This document shows positions 49,663 through 62,576 of a DNA stretch of 64,000 nucleotides, piece after piece. The notes below the pieces were generated by a model. It was not told the origin of the DNA, ran no database searches, and saw only the letters and a list, made by a program, of their open reading frames with translations. Each line of letters starts with the position of its first letter. Positions within the stretch are counted from its first letter, which is position 1. The position numbers were made by a program, and so were the translations under genes. Source of the DNA: Carcharhinus longimanus (lineage: Eukaryota); NCBI GenBank assembly GCA_030264375.1, contig JASCQW010000160.1, positions 17,351,920-17,415,919 on the forward strand, given 5' to 3'.

Positions 49663-50911
49663 TGTTCTCTAAATTTCAGGAGTATAAAAAGTGGCATCAT
49701 CTTGTGGGGAACCCGAGTGGTTGTCCTGCATCCAGGCCTGCGACCAATGCTTCAAGAATTGCACAATGGCCACCCAGGAATTTCCAATATGGAAATGTTT
49801 GCAAGGAGCTATGTCTGGTGACCTGGCATGGACAGTGATATTAAAAATCTGGTCAAGAGGTGCAAAACCTGTCAGGAAAACCAGAAGGCCCCACCTGGAG
49901 CATCAGTGCACCCTTGGGAATGGCTGGGGTGACCCTGGGTGCGAGTACATGCAAACTTTGCAGGGCTCCATGTTTTGAATTCTCATTGGTACCCATTCAA
50001 AATGGATTGACGTGCATCGGATAGCCTCTACTTCCTCCTAAAATACCGTCAATCTATTAGTACCCATGGTATACTGAGGTTCTAGTGACAGACAATGGGA
50101 TCCCAGTTACCAGTGGGGAGCTTGAGGCCTTCATGAGTATGAACAGAATAAGGCACATCCACATGGTATCCTCAAATGGCCTGGCTGAGTGGATGGCCCA
50201 GACACTTAAAAGTGGCATGAAGAAACAAACCACAGGTTCTCTAGAAACAAAGCTTGCACATTTTCTTTTTACTTATTGGACTACGCCACATATGATATCA
50301 GGAATAGCAATGATGAGCTATTGTTGGGCCACTGCCTTCAGACTAGGCCTAGCCTGATGTTCCCAAATTTAGCCAGCAATGCCAAGTTAAAACAAGAAGC
50401 CCAGAAAAGGGATCATGAGACTGGATAGTGATTTTAGACTGGGAGATAGTGTCCCCGTGAGGAACTGAGGCGACGGCTCTCCATGGATTCTGAGAGTTAT
50501 TCTCAAGAAAACAGGACGGGTGTTTTATAATTTAAAACCAGGGAAGAGGTTAAAGAAGCACACAGATCATCTCCGCCACAGAGAACCGTCCACAGAGGCA
50601 ACTGTTTCTACCAACACACCACGGCGTCCTTCACACTGGCCTGTGGACGGGAAATCCCACCCCTAAAAACTCACCTGGATGATGAAGGTTCTGGCTGGGA
50701 CATGGAGACAGAGGCAGCAGGCATCAAGTAAGAGGTGCCACCAGGGATGAATCCCCTGTGATGGCTCTTCCGATGCTCTTCACCGAAGAGGTGTTCACCA
50801 ATTTGTTACAGGCCCCCCCCCAACCAGACTATCAGTGATGGAGATGAGGCCTTGGGCAAAAAGACAGCGAAGGCCCCATTGTCATGAGAGCGAGTGGGAA
50901 CCCTCAGACTC

Positions 50912-51196
50912 AGAGGGGGGGAGGTGTGGTAACCTCCACAAGGTTCTTGGGAAATTACGATTGATCTCCTTGTGAGGCTCGTTGAGTTGTTGAGTTCCCC
51001 TGGTAACAGGCAGTGACTGACTTGCCCAGCTGGAACTCACTACCTGAATCTTTCACAAGGGCAAAGGCCCAGGACTGGGCCTGCTGAACTGTAGTCCCAA
51101 TCAGGGACTAGTGCATGCATACCATGGTAATGGTTTTACATTGCATTCTGTAATGAATTATGTTCCTTTCCAGAGGAGTTTCCTGAGCACATTGCA
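50912..51196 (+). repeat. Polypurine tract (50912-50924) and 3' LTR (50925-51196, TG..CA)
   Basis: agagggggggagg followed by tgtggt..attgca, homologous to the 5' LTR. Confidence 0.9.
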
Positions 51197-51676
51197 TGTT
51201 CAGCCTCAGGAACTAGATTTGAATCTGGTCAAGTCTAATGAGGTAAACAGCTTCTCTCTGTAAATAAATTGTAAAGTATGAATATGAATTTACAAGTATA
51301 AAAGATTATGTATAATCCCATTAAGAAATAAAAAAATCCTCTGATGATCACAAAATTGAGTTGTAGATTCCTGGTTGAGCAGGTTGTAAGAAGACCATGT
51401 TAATCATTGCAAACATGGTATTAGTGCAATTTGATTGCTCCAACCTGCCCATAAGTTAGCATTAAATTGGTAATCACACAGAGTGATCCAAAGAAATGAA
51501 CATTTGCGCAGAGCCAGCAGGTGCTATTTTGTGTTGCAGTGAAGGCAGAGATGAGATAGTCCTGCTTTATAATTGGACTGTGCAATTTCTAGTTTGATGC
51601 TTATATTGCATAAAATAAAAAGGAATTTTGTATCCTTGAGCTAACAACCTCCACCTTGTTGAGCAGATTAACTCAC

Positions 51677-51715
51677 CGATATGTAAAAGAAAATTTTTTG
51701 AAAAACCTCTTGCTT
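51677..51715 (-). CDS. Probable 39-nt symmetric micro-exon; in the phase compatible with 39429 it reads (x)SKRFFKKFSFTY(R)
   Basis: Acceptor attatattttttgtacag and donor TCG|gtgagt. All three frames are open, so the frame is inferred from direct joining to the 39429 exon. Confidence 0.55.
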
Positions 51716-51968
51716 CTGTACAAAAAATATAATTTATCATTCTTTTTAGATGTTGTATTTGTTTATCCAAATAAAACTTAATCAATGATAGAGTCACAAT
51801 TGCATTAAGACATTAGGCAATTGCATTAATTAGCTAAAATATTGTACCGAAAGAGATACTTGTTTTGATGTATACTTCATTTCTTTGAAGTACATTTGCT
51901 ATTTTCGTGTCATCAAGCCACTAACGAGGGTTACCCCAAGACTCTGCCATCAATGCTTCAATCACAAC

Positions 51969-52790
51969 GGGCAAAATCTTATGTTCCCTTGGAAACAGGT
52001 TTTACGATGGGACAGGGAGGGATTTTGGAGGAGTCCAAATGTGTTTGGAGTCCAAAGATGTGTAGGTTAGGTTGATTGCCCCAAGATGTGTAGGTGAAGG
52101 GGATTGGCAGGGGTAAATATGTGGGGTTACAGGGACAGGGCCTAGGTAAGATGCTCTATTGGAGAGGTCGGTGAAGACATTTTGGGCCGAATGGCCTCCT
52201 TCTGCTCTGTAAGGATTTTATTTCTGTATGTCAGACTAGCAGCCTGCCATGTTCCTGCCTTTGGGCACTCAGCCCAGAGGTGGGTCAGCCCAGCAAAGGT
52301 GACCCACTTGGCAGTGGAGCGTAACCAATTTACAAAAATGAAATATTCATCAGTGGGTTGATTGGGCATGTCACTAGGAACTGGGGCACCCATGCCCGCA
52401 TTGAGGTGCTTGGAGGTGGCTTGCCAACAGCAGGCCTGGTGAGGCTTCCTTTTTAACTCCCTCAGTGGAGCCTCGGCCTTTGGTGGCATTCAGGTGTCAC
52501 TGCTGGCCATCTTGTTGAGGCATTTCCCCTACACAGAGCAGACCTGGTAGCTGTGGCCACTGACGATTTTATTAAAGTTCTGATCTCTTCAGTGGGTGCC
52601 TTATACTTCTCCGATAATGGCAGTCCCCTAGTGACGTTGCCATCCTTTCCACCTTCCTCAATTGGATTGTGGACCTGGAGGTGGTTTTTTAATTGACTGC
52701 ACCAAGCAGGTTCCCTGGCAGTTAGTGCAGAGTTAGGAGCCTGCAGTGGCCACTACTCACAATATTCTGAAAGCAGAAGATTCCACACAC
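51969..52790. mobile_element. Old GC-rich non-autonomous DNA element with a nested HE1 3' fragment (52032-52216)
   Basis: Starts gggcaaaatctt and ends aagattccacac. The SINE fragment is gtccaaagatgtgtaggttagg..ggccgaatggcctccttctgctctgtaagga. Confidence 0.45.
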
Positions 52791-54299
52791 ACTGTCCTGG
52801 AATACTCTGTTGGTCAGTATGTCAACTTCTACTAGCCTTGATTATGGTCAATTTGCTGCCACAAACTAGTGCCAGATATAATCATGGCCTTTAAGTATTA
52901 TCCACCAAATAACCCCGTGAACCTGCAAGCAGGTTCATAAAACTCATTAAAAAAATGAGATGCGGACAGAAAGTCATTACTTAATTATTCGTCTGAATCT
53001 CTGGATGGAACTTTTGGCTGCCAGATCAAATTTCCTGAACAATTCCAAAATGTATTAATGTTGCGCCAACTTTGTAAACGAAAGGCGATCAGTTAAGTGC
53101 TGCAGGATTCCCAAATGCCAACACTCTTTCCACCTACTTATACTCATCAAAGTGAGGGATATCAGTGCCGGGGGAAAGAAGTCATTTTTCACATTGACAA
53201 TGATAGATTTGGAGGACATGTGGGGATTTGTTGTGTGACTTAAACCTCAGGATTACTGCTGCAATTTCATGTGCCTGAGATTTCCATGTCCAACACAACC
53301 CTGTCAAGACAAATTTTAAACTATCTCGCACTAACCCCATGACTTCTCTATTCAGCTGTTTGTCAAAGTCTCCTCCAAGCAATTTAATGCCATGCCAAAG
53401 TGGTCCACTTCTTAACCTAATAAGCAGAGGGCATCTTTATGTCGAATTGTTTGTACATGTAACAAACACGAGAAAAATGGCAAATAACTGTATTGCCAGT
53501 AAAAATAAAACTACTCCACTCAGTCATTCTTCGTGGCTCCTTATAGCATCTTTAAGGTCCAGGAACAAGACCCCACTCACCCTTTTAATTGGGAAAGGGA
53601 CCTTATCTATTCACCGCTACTTCAGATCTCACCCCCATCCAAAAATAAAATGCAGGCTACCAAATTTTATATATTTTTAATCCACACTAACAGGTTTCCT
53701 GTGATTTCCACTTTGCACAGATAGTTGAATTTCCTGCAACTTGGCCTATGAGTCAGTTGGAAAATGTGCTATCGGGGAATAGAAGCCATGTAACAGAAGC
53801 TTGACTGCATATTGCCAATCAAGGTAACAAGGCTCATAAATAGAGGGTGAATGGACAGAACGGATACTCAGCTCAATGAGAGCTGATTTTCTTTTACAAC
53901 TTGATGCAGGAATTTACATCAGGAATCGCACCATCTGAAGCCTGATGGACAAAGTGAGTGTGAGATGCAACATTGCTCTTGGGGAGTCAGACAGCATGCT
54001 GTTTTATACAGTGCCAGCTTTGGTACTGATTTGTGGCGATTAAGTGACATTAGAATGGGTGTATGTGTCCATTCCAATCACATGGGCCCAACCAGGAAGT
54101 AAAATTGGTAGGGACTCTTCAGCATCATTAAACAGGCAAGCCGCCAGCATGACAAATGCTGCTGATTTGATAGCACATCTAATCAGGAGCGGGAAAGTCA
54201 GGCCTCTCTGACACCATTTTGTGGCAACCACCATCTCTTGAAATGGAGGTGTTCTGTGGCTGAAGGCAAATTGCATTGAATTCAACTTGTGAAGTGGCA

Positions 54300-54950
54300 G
54301 GCAAAACGTAAGAGAGGCCCCTCAGCTTTTGGACAACAGTGGAGGTATTGGTGGAAATGGTGGCAGAGGAGTTATTTAGGAACCCATTTCCCAGAGCTGC
54401 CCTCCAGTCACTGTAGTACATTTCAGTGTTTTTGATCTGATTGCCGCACTCTACATTTTTCTATTACAGCCTCACTTCTCAGCCATTCTTCACACACCGA
54501 CATTACTAATATACCTTGACATCCTTTGTCCTCAAAACATCTTTCTAGCCTGCACCCAACATTCTCCATTCTTTCTTGCAGCAGAAGCTAGCAAGCACTA
54601 ATAGGGTGACAGGAGGAGCAGGGCAGCCTACATTTCCACCTTGTGTTTAGTTACTATGAAAATCCCCTAGTCGCCACACTCTGGCATCTGTTCAGGTCAA
54701 CTAAGGGAGAATTGAGCGTGGCCAATGCTAAATTCCATGCCAGCATGTCTTTTGTACCATGGGAGAAAACCACAGCACCAAGAAGAAACCATGCAGACAC
54801 GGGAAGAACGTGCAGATTCTGCACAGTCAGTGACCCAATCCAGGAATCAAACCCGGATCTCCGGCTGTGTGAGGCAGTAGTGCTAACCACTGTGCCACCC
54901 CTAGTTGAGGCAGAAGTCAGAGGGATTTTGAAGCTGGATCGTGCCGGGGG
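54300..54950 (+). pseudogene. Decayed Myb/SANT-like (NAIF1-type) accessory gene of a PIF/Harbinger transposon
   Basis: ERPLSFWTTVEVLVEMV (54313-54363). After an AG acceptor, KLASTNRVTGGAGQP..[SINE]..LVEAEVRGIL resembles the RxxxFSxxELEVLVEEV and TGGG-P..EE-V patterns of these proteins. Confidence 0.4.
54642..54900 (-). mobile_element. V-SINE variant with an HE1-like head and a different 3' part
   Basis: The head tgtgaggcagtagtgctaaccactgtgccacc is as in HE1, but the 3' part is gttactatgaaaatcccctagtcgccacactc instead of the CR1 tail. Confidence 0.75.
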
Positions 54951-55195
54951 TACCGTGGGGCTCTTGGCCAATAGTTCTCTTTACTACCGCCACTGACATT
55001 TCATTCTCACACTCTCCGCACAAAATGTAGCTTCTTCCAGCAGCCACTCACCTTTCACTGCTTACCTTTCACAGTAAATGTTAAACTTTGCTCCTCACTT
55101 CCAGGTGCAGGAGCAGTGGGGCAATCTTGCGCTTGCATTAGTCGTGAGTGCAAACTGTGACATGGGTGCGAGGTCTCATGAGAATCGGAAAACAA

Positions 55196-56050
55196 GGGAC
55201 GGAATTCTCTCAAAAGAATTCTAAGTGTCGAATTCACGGAAAAACTGGAGTAATTCACGCTTCTCAGTGTGAGTTCAGACTAGAGTCTCCCACACTCCGC
55301 ACTGCAGAGGCCACCAGCACAAATCATTATAAATTAGTGCTTTATGCTCAGTGGGCAGTGCCAAGGTATCCCCTAGGCATGTGTGCTTTGCCCCTTGAAC
55401 AGTGCCAGGGTGCCCATGGCCTTACAAGGGCACCAGCCCACACCACCCGACCCACTGGGAGACCTTCACTTCAGCAGGCTCATCCCAAAACTTCCCCGAA
55501 AACAGGAGCTAGCGTAAATCCTGCCAGAATGAAACACTCCGGCAGGGTGGGAGAGGCCAGCGGGCCCGGAGAATTCAGTCCCAGGCCTGCTAATTGCGTT
55601 TAAATTATATTAAAAACAGAATAAAATGACTTACCTGTTCTTCCCGCCGGTTTCCAGCGCAGATCTGACAGCGCTGGGAGATGTGCTTCTGGCGGGAACG
55701 CAAGCGCCAATCCCACACATGCCCATCCGCAGATTCTCCCACCCCCGCTGCGCTAGAAAATTAGCATGGCGGGGTGGGAGAATCGCCCCCAAGGTTTGTG
55801 CCAGCGAGATCTCATTTTTTGATTTTCCCCTCTTCTCTCGCCAGTGCATAACAGGATTCCTGACCTCATTTAAATGCATTTCAACATAATTAGCGGGTTA
55901 CACCGTCATTCTCTNNNNNNNNNNNNNNNNNNNNNNNNNNNNNNNNNNNNNNNNNNNNNNNNNNNNNNNNNNNNNNNNNNNNNNNNNNNNNNNNNNNNNN
56001 NNNNNNNNNNNNNNCCCCCCCCCCCCCCCCGACACTTAGAATTCCCCCCT
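55196..56050. mobile_element. GC-rich non-autonomous DNA transposon (Harbinger-like); a related segment continues to about 56400
   Basis: Inverted repeat gaattctaagtgtcg (55216-55230) / cgacacttagaattc (56030-56044). It starts gggacggaattctc and has an internal hairpin at 55732-55784. Confidence 0.6.
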
Positions 56051-59000
56051 TTCTGACATGATGGCACATCGGCAAAATTTACAACTGCTTTTTACAAATG
56101 TGAAGCAGTCAAAAGGTGCAGCTAGGGGTGCAAAAGTAAGTATAGCCCCCAAGGGGCAGGAAGAAAGAGTGATCTATCCGGCCACTGCCCCTGGCAATGC
56201 CCCCCGGCACTGATCTCTATGCAGCTGACATTGCCATCTCAATCAGGCACTGCCTTGCCAGTGAAGACCATGCCTCCAGATTTTCTGTGCACAGATTGCC
56301 ATAAAATCTGGAGAGAAAACTTGGCTCTGCAGCTGGAAAGCTGCACGCTGGTTTTCTCAGCTCAGCCAGCGCTGCTTGCACAGAAATTACACAGTGGTTA
56401 ATAAGCTTGAGCGCAGCAGTACCGATGAAGACCCAATGCCATTTGTTTTACTAGAGCAAGTGACAGCTCAGAGGTTGGCATCCACTATGGAGGATGGACT
56501 GGATAGGACTTTACACAGATACTAACCCAGCACAAGTGCACAGGGAGATAAGATGGCCCTGTAGGGAAGCAGCTCAAAATCACACCTTAGCCCTGCTGCA
56601 GAGATGAAGATCTTGAGGATGCAGTGTACAGAATGTGGCTTTAAATCCAGGATTACCAAGTGGCATTGGTTGGATGGGATAGACTTAAGGCACTGATTTC
56701 CATATTAAAAAGGGGCTAGTCGGCTGAAACATTTTCGATGCTTAGCAGTGAACTATTTTCAAAATTGAGCCAGCCATAATTGTCAAAGTTAAACAGATGT
56801 AAAGTCTACCAACCACATTTTGAGGCTGTCACCGCCACTGATGCAGAGTAAAGGTGAGTAGATGTTGAAAACAATAATAAAGCAGATTGCTGGCATTCAC
56901 TGCTGGGTTGCTTGAAGAAAAGCCACATTGGACAGTGATTGGTGCCTGTGGAACTGTACCCCGCCAAAAAGGAAATGCTACCAGGAGAGGATTGCTACAA
57001 AAGGAGCGAGTGGAAAAATGATCTGTTTGAAAGTGGCATGTTAACCACATAGTGTTGGATTCACTGACAATGTGATCTATAATATCAATCACACTTTTAT
57101 AGTATTTTAAAACTATTGTTTAATAAAATTTAGACTATTTTTGTATCATTTATTTTGCTGGACCGTTTGCGGTCACAATTTGCTTGTTAATTTATGTCAG
57201 GGAATCTTTACTACAAAAGGAATCAAATTTGGACGTCTATGTGTAAAGAGTCTAGAGGTTCCAGCCAACTGTGATGCGTTGTTCTCAAGATATCTCCCAA
57301 AGAGGAGAATGGCAAGTGTAAATGTATTTTTGCTGTTAACCCTTCCTTTTTAGAGAACATTCAGACATAATTACCACCCTGTACATGGCTCCTGTAGTAA
57401 AGAAGTAAAATTGAGCAGATAAAACGTACTGAACAGAAAGCATGCAAGTATCAACTGTTTCACATGCACAGTTTAAAAATAAATCCCGTGTTATAAACAG
57501 GCTACTTTCACTATAGGAGGCAAATTTATAGAGCCACTTTCAAATATGTTTTTACATGGTATTTACACCATTATTTTGGCTTGTGTCAGAGTTATCGGAG
57601 AGGAGAGCATCCATTTGTTTGGCTATTATTCAAATCCTATTGTGGAGGTGAAAAGATAGTGTTCCAGGTATGGCGCTGTCCAGTCTCCTTAATATTCATT
57701 TCATTACATAATGTGGATGGTCTGTTAGTTAATCTGATGGATAGATTGGTCATGCTTTCACAGGAGTGCACGGTCTTTCAGCAGGGTTGAAAAATGGTTC
57801 TTGCATAACATGGAATATAAAGATAATGTCATACATTGTGACGTGGGCTTTGTTTGAATAATGGTTTCCGGTGCCATTCTTGAAATCTATGCCTTGTCCG
57901 TAAGGTAGATCATATGTTTTTATGATTCAAAAAGACCAAGTCTTTTTTCCTTTCAGCAAACCCATCAATCACAGACAACTTTATGATGCGTTTATTCACT
58001 TTATGCAATATCACCTCATCAGTTCAAAATAATTCCACTGCATTTCTTTGACAGCTCCTAACAATTTGCTGCAATGCGAAGTTAATGACGGTTAGTAAAT
58101 GGTTTACACTGCATCTAACAACAGAGATATTTATCTACAATGGGCTTCACCATGCTGACAGAGGGGGGGAGGAATGGCAGGATTAGGGGAAATGCTTAGG
58201 AACAATCACATTGAGCGACTCAGAAGACAAATGCAACAACGTTTGACTAGCGGAAGCATGCATTGCCTTAGCAGATGTGACTTTAAAGGGGAATACTTGA
58301 ACTTTCAACAATGCAAAGATTTTCTTTTCCCTTGTCTGGTGGTAGCAGTAAAGATGATAGTCCAAGTGGATCAAAAGTGATTTATGTCATGAAAAACGGA
58401 GGCACTTCGAAGAAGTAATATAAACAGAGGAAAACCTGTTTGTAACCATCTGAAATACTTCTAGTCAGAATGAAAAAAAAAAGCAGTGTTTTCCCAAGAT
58501 TTGCTGGTACTTAATTAGATAGGATAGTGGCAGTGCGTAACAGTCCTGCAAAATTACTGCCAATTCTCCATGCCATCAGGAACTGAAGGTAATTGTTCAA
58601 AGATCTCATCAAAAATGCAGCATCATTTATGTTGTGTAATTTACACTCGGAGGTTGGTCTCGGATTTAAAGCAGGTGCATTTTCATGATGACATATTCAC
58701 TAAAAATCTAGCACTTCGAACCCCAGTGTAAAGAACAATCTATATGAACGCTTCACGTTGTAGATCATGTAGTGTAATGTTAAATGGCAGGATGATTTAA
58801 AAAAAATAGATGTTTGTGATTGGGGAAAGATTTCCTTTTTTTTGGTAACTGAGTGCTGGTAGATTTCACACTGTTTTCTTGAAAATATCACCAGTTTTCC
58901 AAATGTTATTAATGGTAACATTTAGCTGTTAGCATTGGCACACAATTTCGATGAGTGCCCACTGACCACTGTAGAATCTGATAGCACAGAAAAAAGGCCA

Positions 59001-61130
59001 TTTGACCCATTGTGTACCTGCCAGTTCTTTGAAAACTCTCCAATTAAGCCCACACCATTGTCCCAAAGTTAGATTTAAACCAAATAGGAAATGAGATGTG
59101 CACAATGGGGCAAGGGTTACAGGCATTTATTTTCTGTGTGATTGCCCCTGACCTTCCAACCTGCCAAACATGCTGATGGTGGCTTCAATTTGTTCTTGAT
59201 GTTGCCCAGGACCTGAAGCTGAACACTTCCCCCTGTGAGTGAAATGCCTGACCACAAGGACAGGTAAAATGGTTAAACAGGGAAGGGGGAAAAAAATGGA
59301 GAGGAACACTGACCAATTTGAGGTCCACCATGATTAGAGGGAGCCTTTGGCAACCCTGTTGTGGTCTGTGATGAAACCTGTGACTTGCATTCCATGCCCA
59401 GTAACAGGAAATTGAATAGGGCAGAGATGATATCAGTCAGAAATTAAGGAAACATCACATGAAAGCAAAGAAACAATGAAAGTTGAAAGCAAAAATGAAA
59501 AATGATGGCAAGCAGAGAACGTTCCAAGTACTGTATTCCCCTTTAAAGGAAAAATGAGTTTAAAAGCCCCACCTGCTGCACCCCCCGCCTTTCAGACATG
59601 GATTCAACCCTTACCTATTGAGGTGTTGAGGACCTGGTCACAACAACACTGCCGTGATAGCTGAGATTAATCAAAAACAAAGCAGTTAAGACTCTGAATG
59701 ATCCATTTAATTGGAAGAATATTCATTAAACGAATGAAGACATTCAGATACATGAGCAGGATGCTCAATAATGCCAGTGGGTTCCGTGTTTACTGCACCT
59801 GACATCAATGAAAATGGAACAGAATCTTGAACAGAACGAAAAGACACTTTCACGTCAGTTTAAGAAAACAATACGTAGTTCTCAAGCACAATGACAAGAC
59901 ATGATAATTTTACCTGCAACTCACTCGAAAAAGAGTTCACAGAGAAAAGAGAAAAAAAAAATGGGACACTTAAGCAGTGATTGAGGCAGCCTTGGGTTAT
60001 AACGTTTCAAGATTGATGCGTGTCAACCTTCAAACTCATATTATCACACCCTGATCGATTGTACCCGGTTGAGTGGAGACCTGAGCTATGAGTCCTGGAG
60101 TTCGTCTTATGGCAAAGGCCTAATTCAACTCAGCAATAGTGAACCAAAGAATTCAGGTTGACATTTCCTTCTTATCTAAAGGAGAGAAGATATATCAAAA
60201 CTCTGTATGTAGGTGAAGTCACAATCTTAAAGGCACAGTATCCTGTTGTAGTCCTTCCAGGGTTATATGCAATACAACACATAGCTTGCTTTAGTTTATA
60301 AAGGTCTCTGATAAAGTTCTAAGAATAGTTAACATTTTGTCTTTTTTTTTCATTTTTCAGCTAGGCCTTCCTAATAAATTGGTACTTGCAAAAATGTTCA
60401 TAATTAGCAACTGCTCATCAAAGCAATTGAATTCCCTTCACACCTTTATGGAGTTAAAAAAAAGACCCTGGGTCAGATGGACACAAGAAGCAAAACATCA
60501 TTTCCTACATTGGTCTGAAAATATCATTATTCCATTGTACTGTCTGCCAGCCTTTCCAGCTGTGGCACGTGTGAGCCTTTCAGGTTTCTCCTTGGCTATG
60601 CTTGTGAGGTCAGTGTCAATAATAAGAAAATGTCGCAGACAGTTTTTCCATTTGGGTTGGAGGTCACTAAGAAATGAATAAGGCACATCCAGCATTTACT
60701 TCACTTACAGGCTTTTAACAGATGTATGTGACACAAGGCGGTCGCTCTGACTCTCCTGACCTTGAATGGAGATCATTTCAACCATTTCTCAATGACGCAC
60801 GATTTTAGAGAAAAGTCATGGCCCTAGAAGAATTTATTTTATAATTGGTGGGCATCACCCAGGACTCCTTTGCCCACACATTTTCCTTCCTCGGTGCTAA
60901 AGTTTGGCTTTCTATAGGTGTTTTAACATCTGAAATAATGGTAAAGGCAGCTATAGGCATATAGTGGTCATGTATGTAGCAAATGGGAACAAGTCTAAAT
61001 ATCATACCCAAATGTAAACGTTTAACGTATCTGGCGTACCATCCCCTCTGTTAAGAATAAATAATAGCTGCTTAGGGGAGATATCTATAAAAATAAATAC
61101 TTAATGACGAATTGGCTTAATCGACTTAAT

Positions 61131-61262
61131 CAGCTTTGACGAAGGATCATCCAGACTCGAAATGTTGGCTCTATTCTCTCTCCACTGATGCTGTCAAACC
61201 TGCTGAGATCTTCCAGCATTTTTTGTTTTTGTTTCAGATTCCAGCATCTGCAATACTTTGCA
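61131..61262 (+). mobile_element. Penelope-like pLTR (second family) with hammerhead motif
   Basis: agct-tTGACGA-aggatcatccagactc-GAAA-tgtt-ggct, then ctattctctc..gatgctgtca..tgctgagatcttccagcatttt..tttcagattccagcatctgca. Matches 11882 and 37248. Confidence 0.8.
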
Positions 61263-62576
61263 GTTATACTCAATGGCTAAATCAGTGTTCAGGGCAAGTT
61301 AAGCTGACATTAGTAGAACTTCAATATTTACACCAGTAAATTGAGGGTGTAAGGCAAATACTAACCTATTTAAGACTAATTACTGTTTATGTAGTTTAGA
61401 CTTGGGACCACCTTCAAAAAATCAATTACTCAAACCAAAATTCCCATTGTACCAAGAGCAAATCTCTCAAACTAGCTGGGAGGAGCCCTGATAACCTGTG
61501 CTGAATATTTTGGCTCCTGATGTTATACTTTCTACGGATCTACCCCATCTGAATTGGTATTAGTGATTCGCAATGAGCATAAATCTTTTCGCTGCTTCTC
61601 AGAAGCCTTCGAAGATACAGAAATGACTGATAAAGATGTCGCTCTTGTGCCGGCGAGAGAATTTATTCATTTATATTGGCTGTGCCTTAAAATTGAAGAG
61701 AAATGTTTGACGGTCTCAGTGTACAGTTGTACATTGCTTGCTCCTAATTCAAGGAAAAGCAGGTTACTATAATATAGGAAGTGTGTGTGTACACAGCAAA
61801 TATGCACAGAAAGCAGGGACACAATAATCGTACACAGCATTATAGCAAGCCTCAGACCAGCCAGCACCACAAGACCAACAGTTCCACTAACATCAAGCTT
61901 CATGTAGATATGAAGTAGCTATTTTGGGAATAAGGACATGTCCATTGCGCACATGGCTACAGTTCAGTGTAGAGTTGGGACAATTTTCCACTCAATTCAT
62001 TAGGAAGGTGAATGAAAATCTAATTTCTTTTACTTTGGCAGTGAGCAAAGAAGGCAGTTCAATTTCATCCCAAATAATGACAATCTTGCTATGTCTAATT
62101 TATCACTGTTAAATGTCAAAGTAAACATTTTGTGGGTAAGAAACACCAATGTGATATACACATTGGATAACAAATTGTTATGGATGATAGCACTGTTTGA
62201 TCTGTGAGATCACTGTCAGTTCTTTACATAACATTTAAAATAATAAATTTTACTGTACAGTCAGTGAAGGTCTGTGATAAGGAGACAGAATGAGAGCTCT
62301 TGCATTGATAGGTTTGTCATGCTAATGTCTGTCAACCTTCACCGAATAAATTAAGCACTTCAATAGCTTTGTTTCTTCTCCAAGGTGAGAAACAGCCCAG
62401 ATTCTGGCCAGGACAGACATCAACCCTTACCGGAGATGCGGACAATGGTGTTAATTTCAATCACCTAATTAGGTTGGAGAGGAATTTCCCAGATTTTTGT
62501 TCTCCCAGAATTAGCCTGAGTCTTTTTTTTGGCCTCTCCCAGGAGGTCACATGCTTTCAAGTGGGGTGGAGATATT

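Larger units (their letters stand above)
46553..51196 (+). mobile_element. Full-length degenerate Ty3/Gypsy LTR retrotransposon
   Basis: Two homologous LTRs, PBS and PPT. gag (EGWPQY..YFFWAK..ILLTACG), protease (MKVDTGASISI, ~47723), RT (SPVQFAEW..PVLKPDNSIRVFGNYK; YLDD at ~48488), RNase H, then integrase (VTDNG..SSNGLAE..QTLK), in Gypsy order. Many stops and frameshifts. Confidence 0.93.

Noticed and set aside
61667-61903. Hydrophobic ORF that might be the transmembrane exon of the host gene
   Set aside because: No convincing acceptor/donor pair brackets it, and the hydrophobicity is explainable by TG-rich composition.
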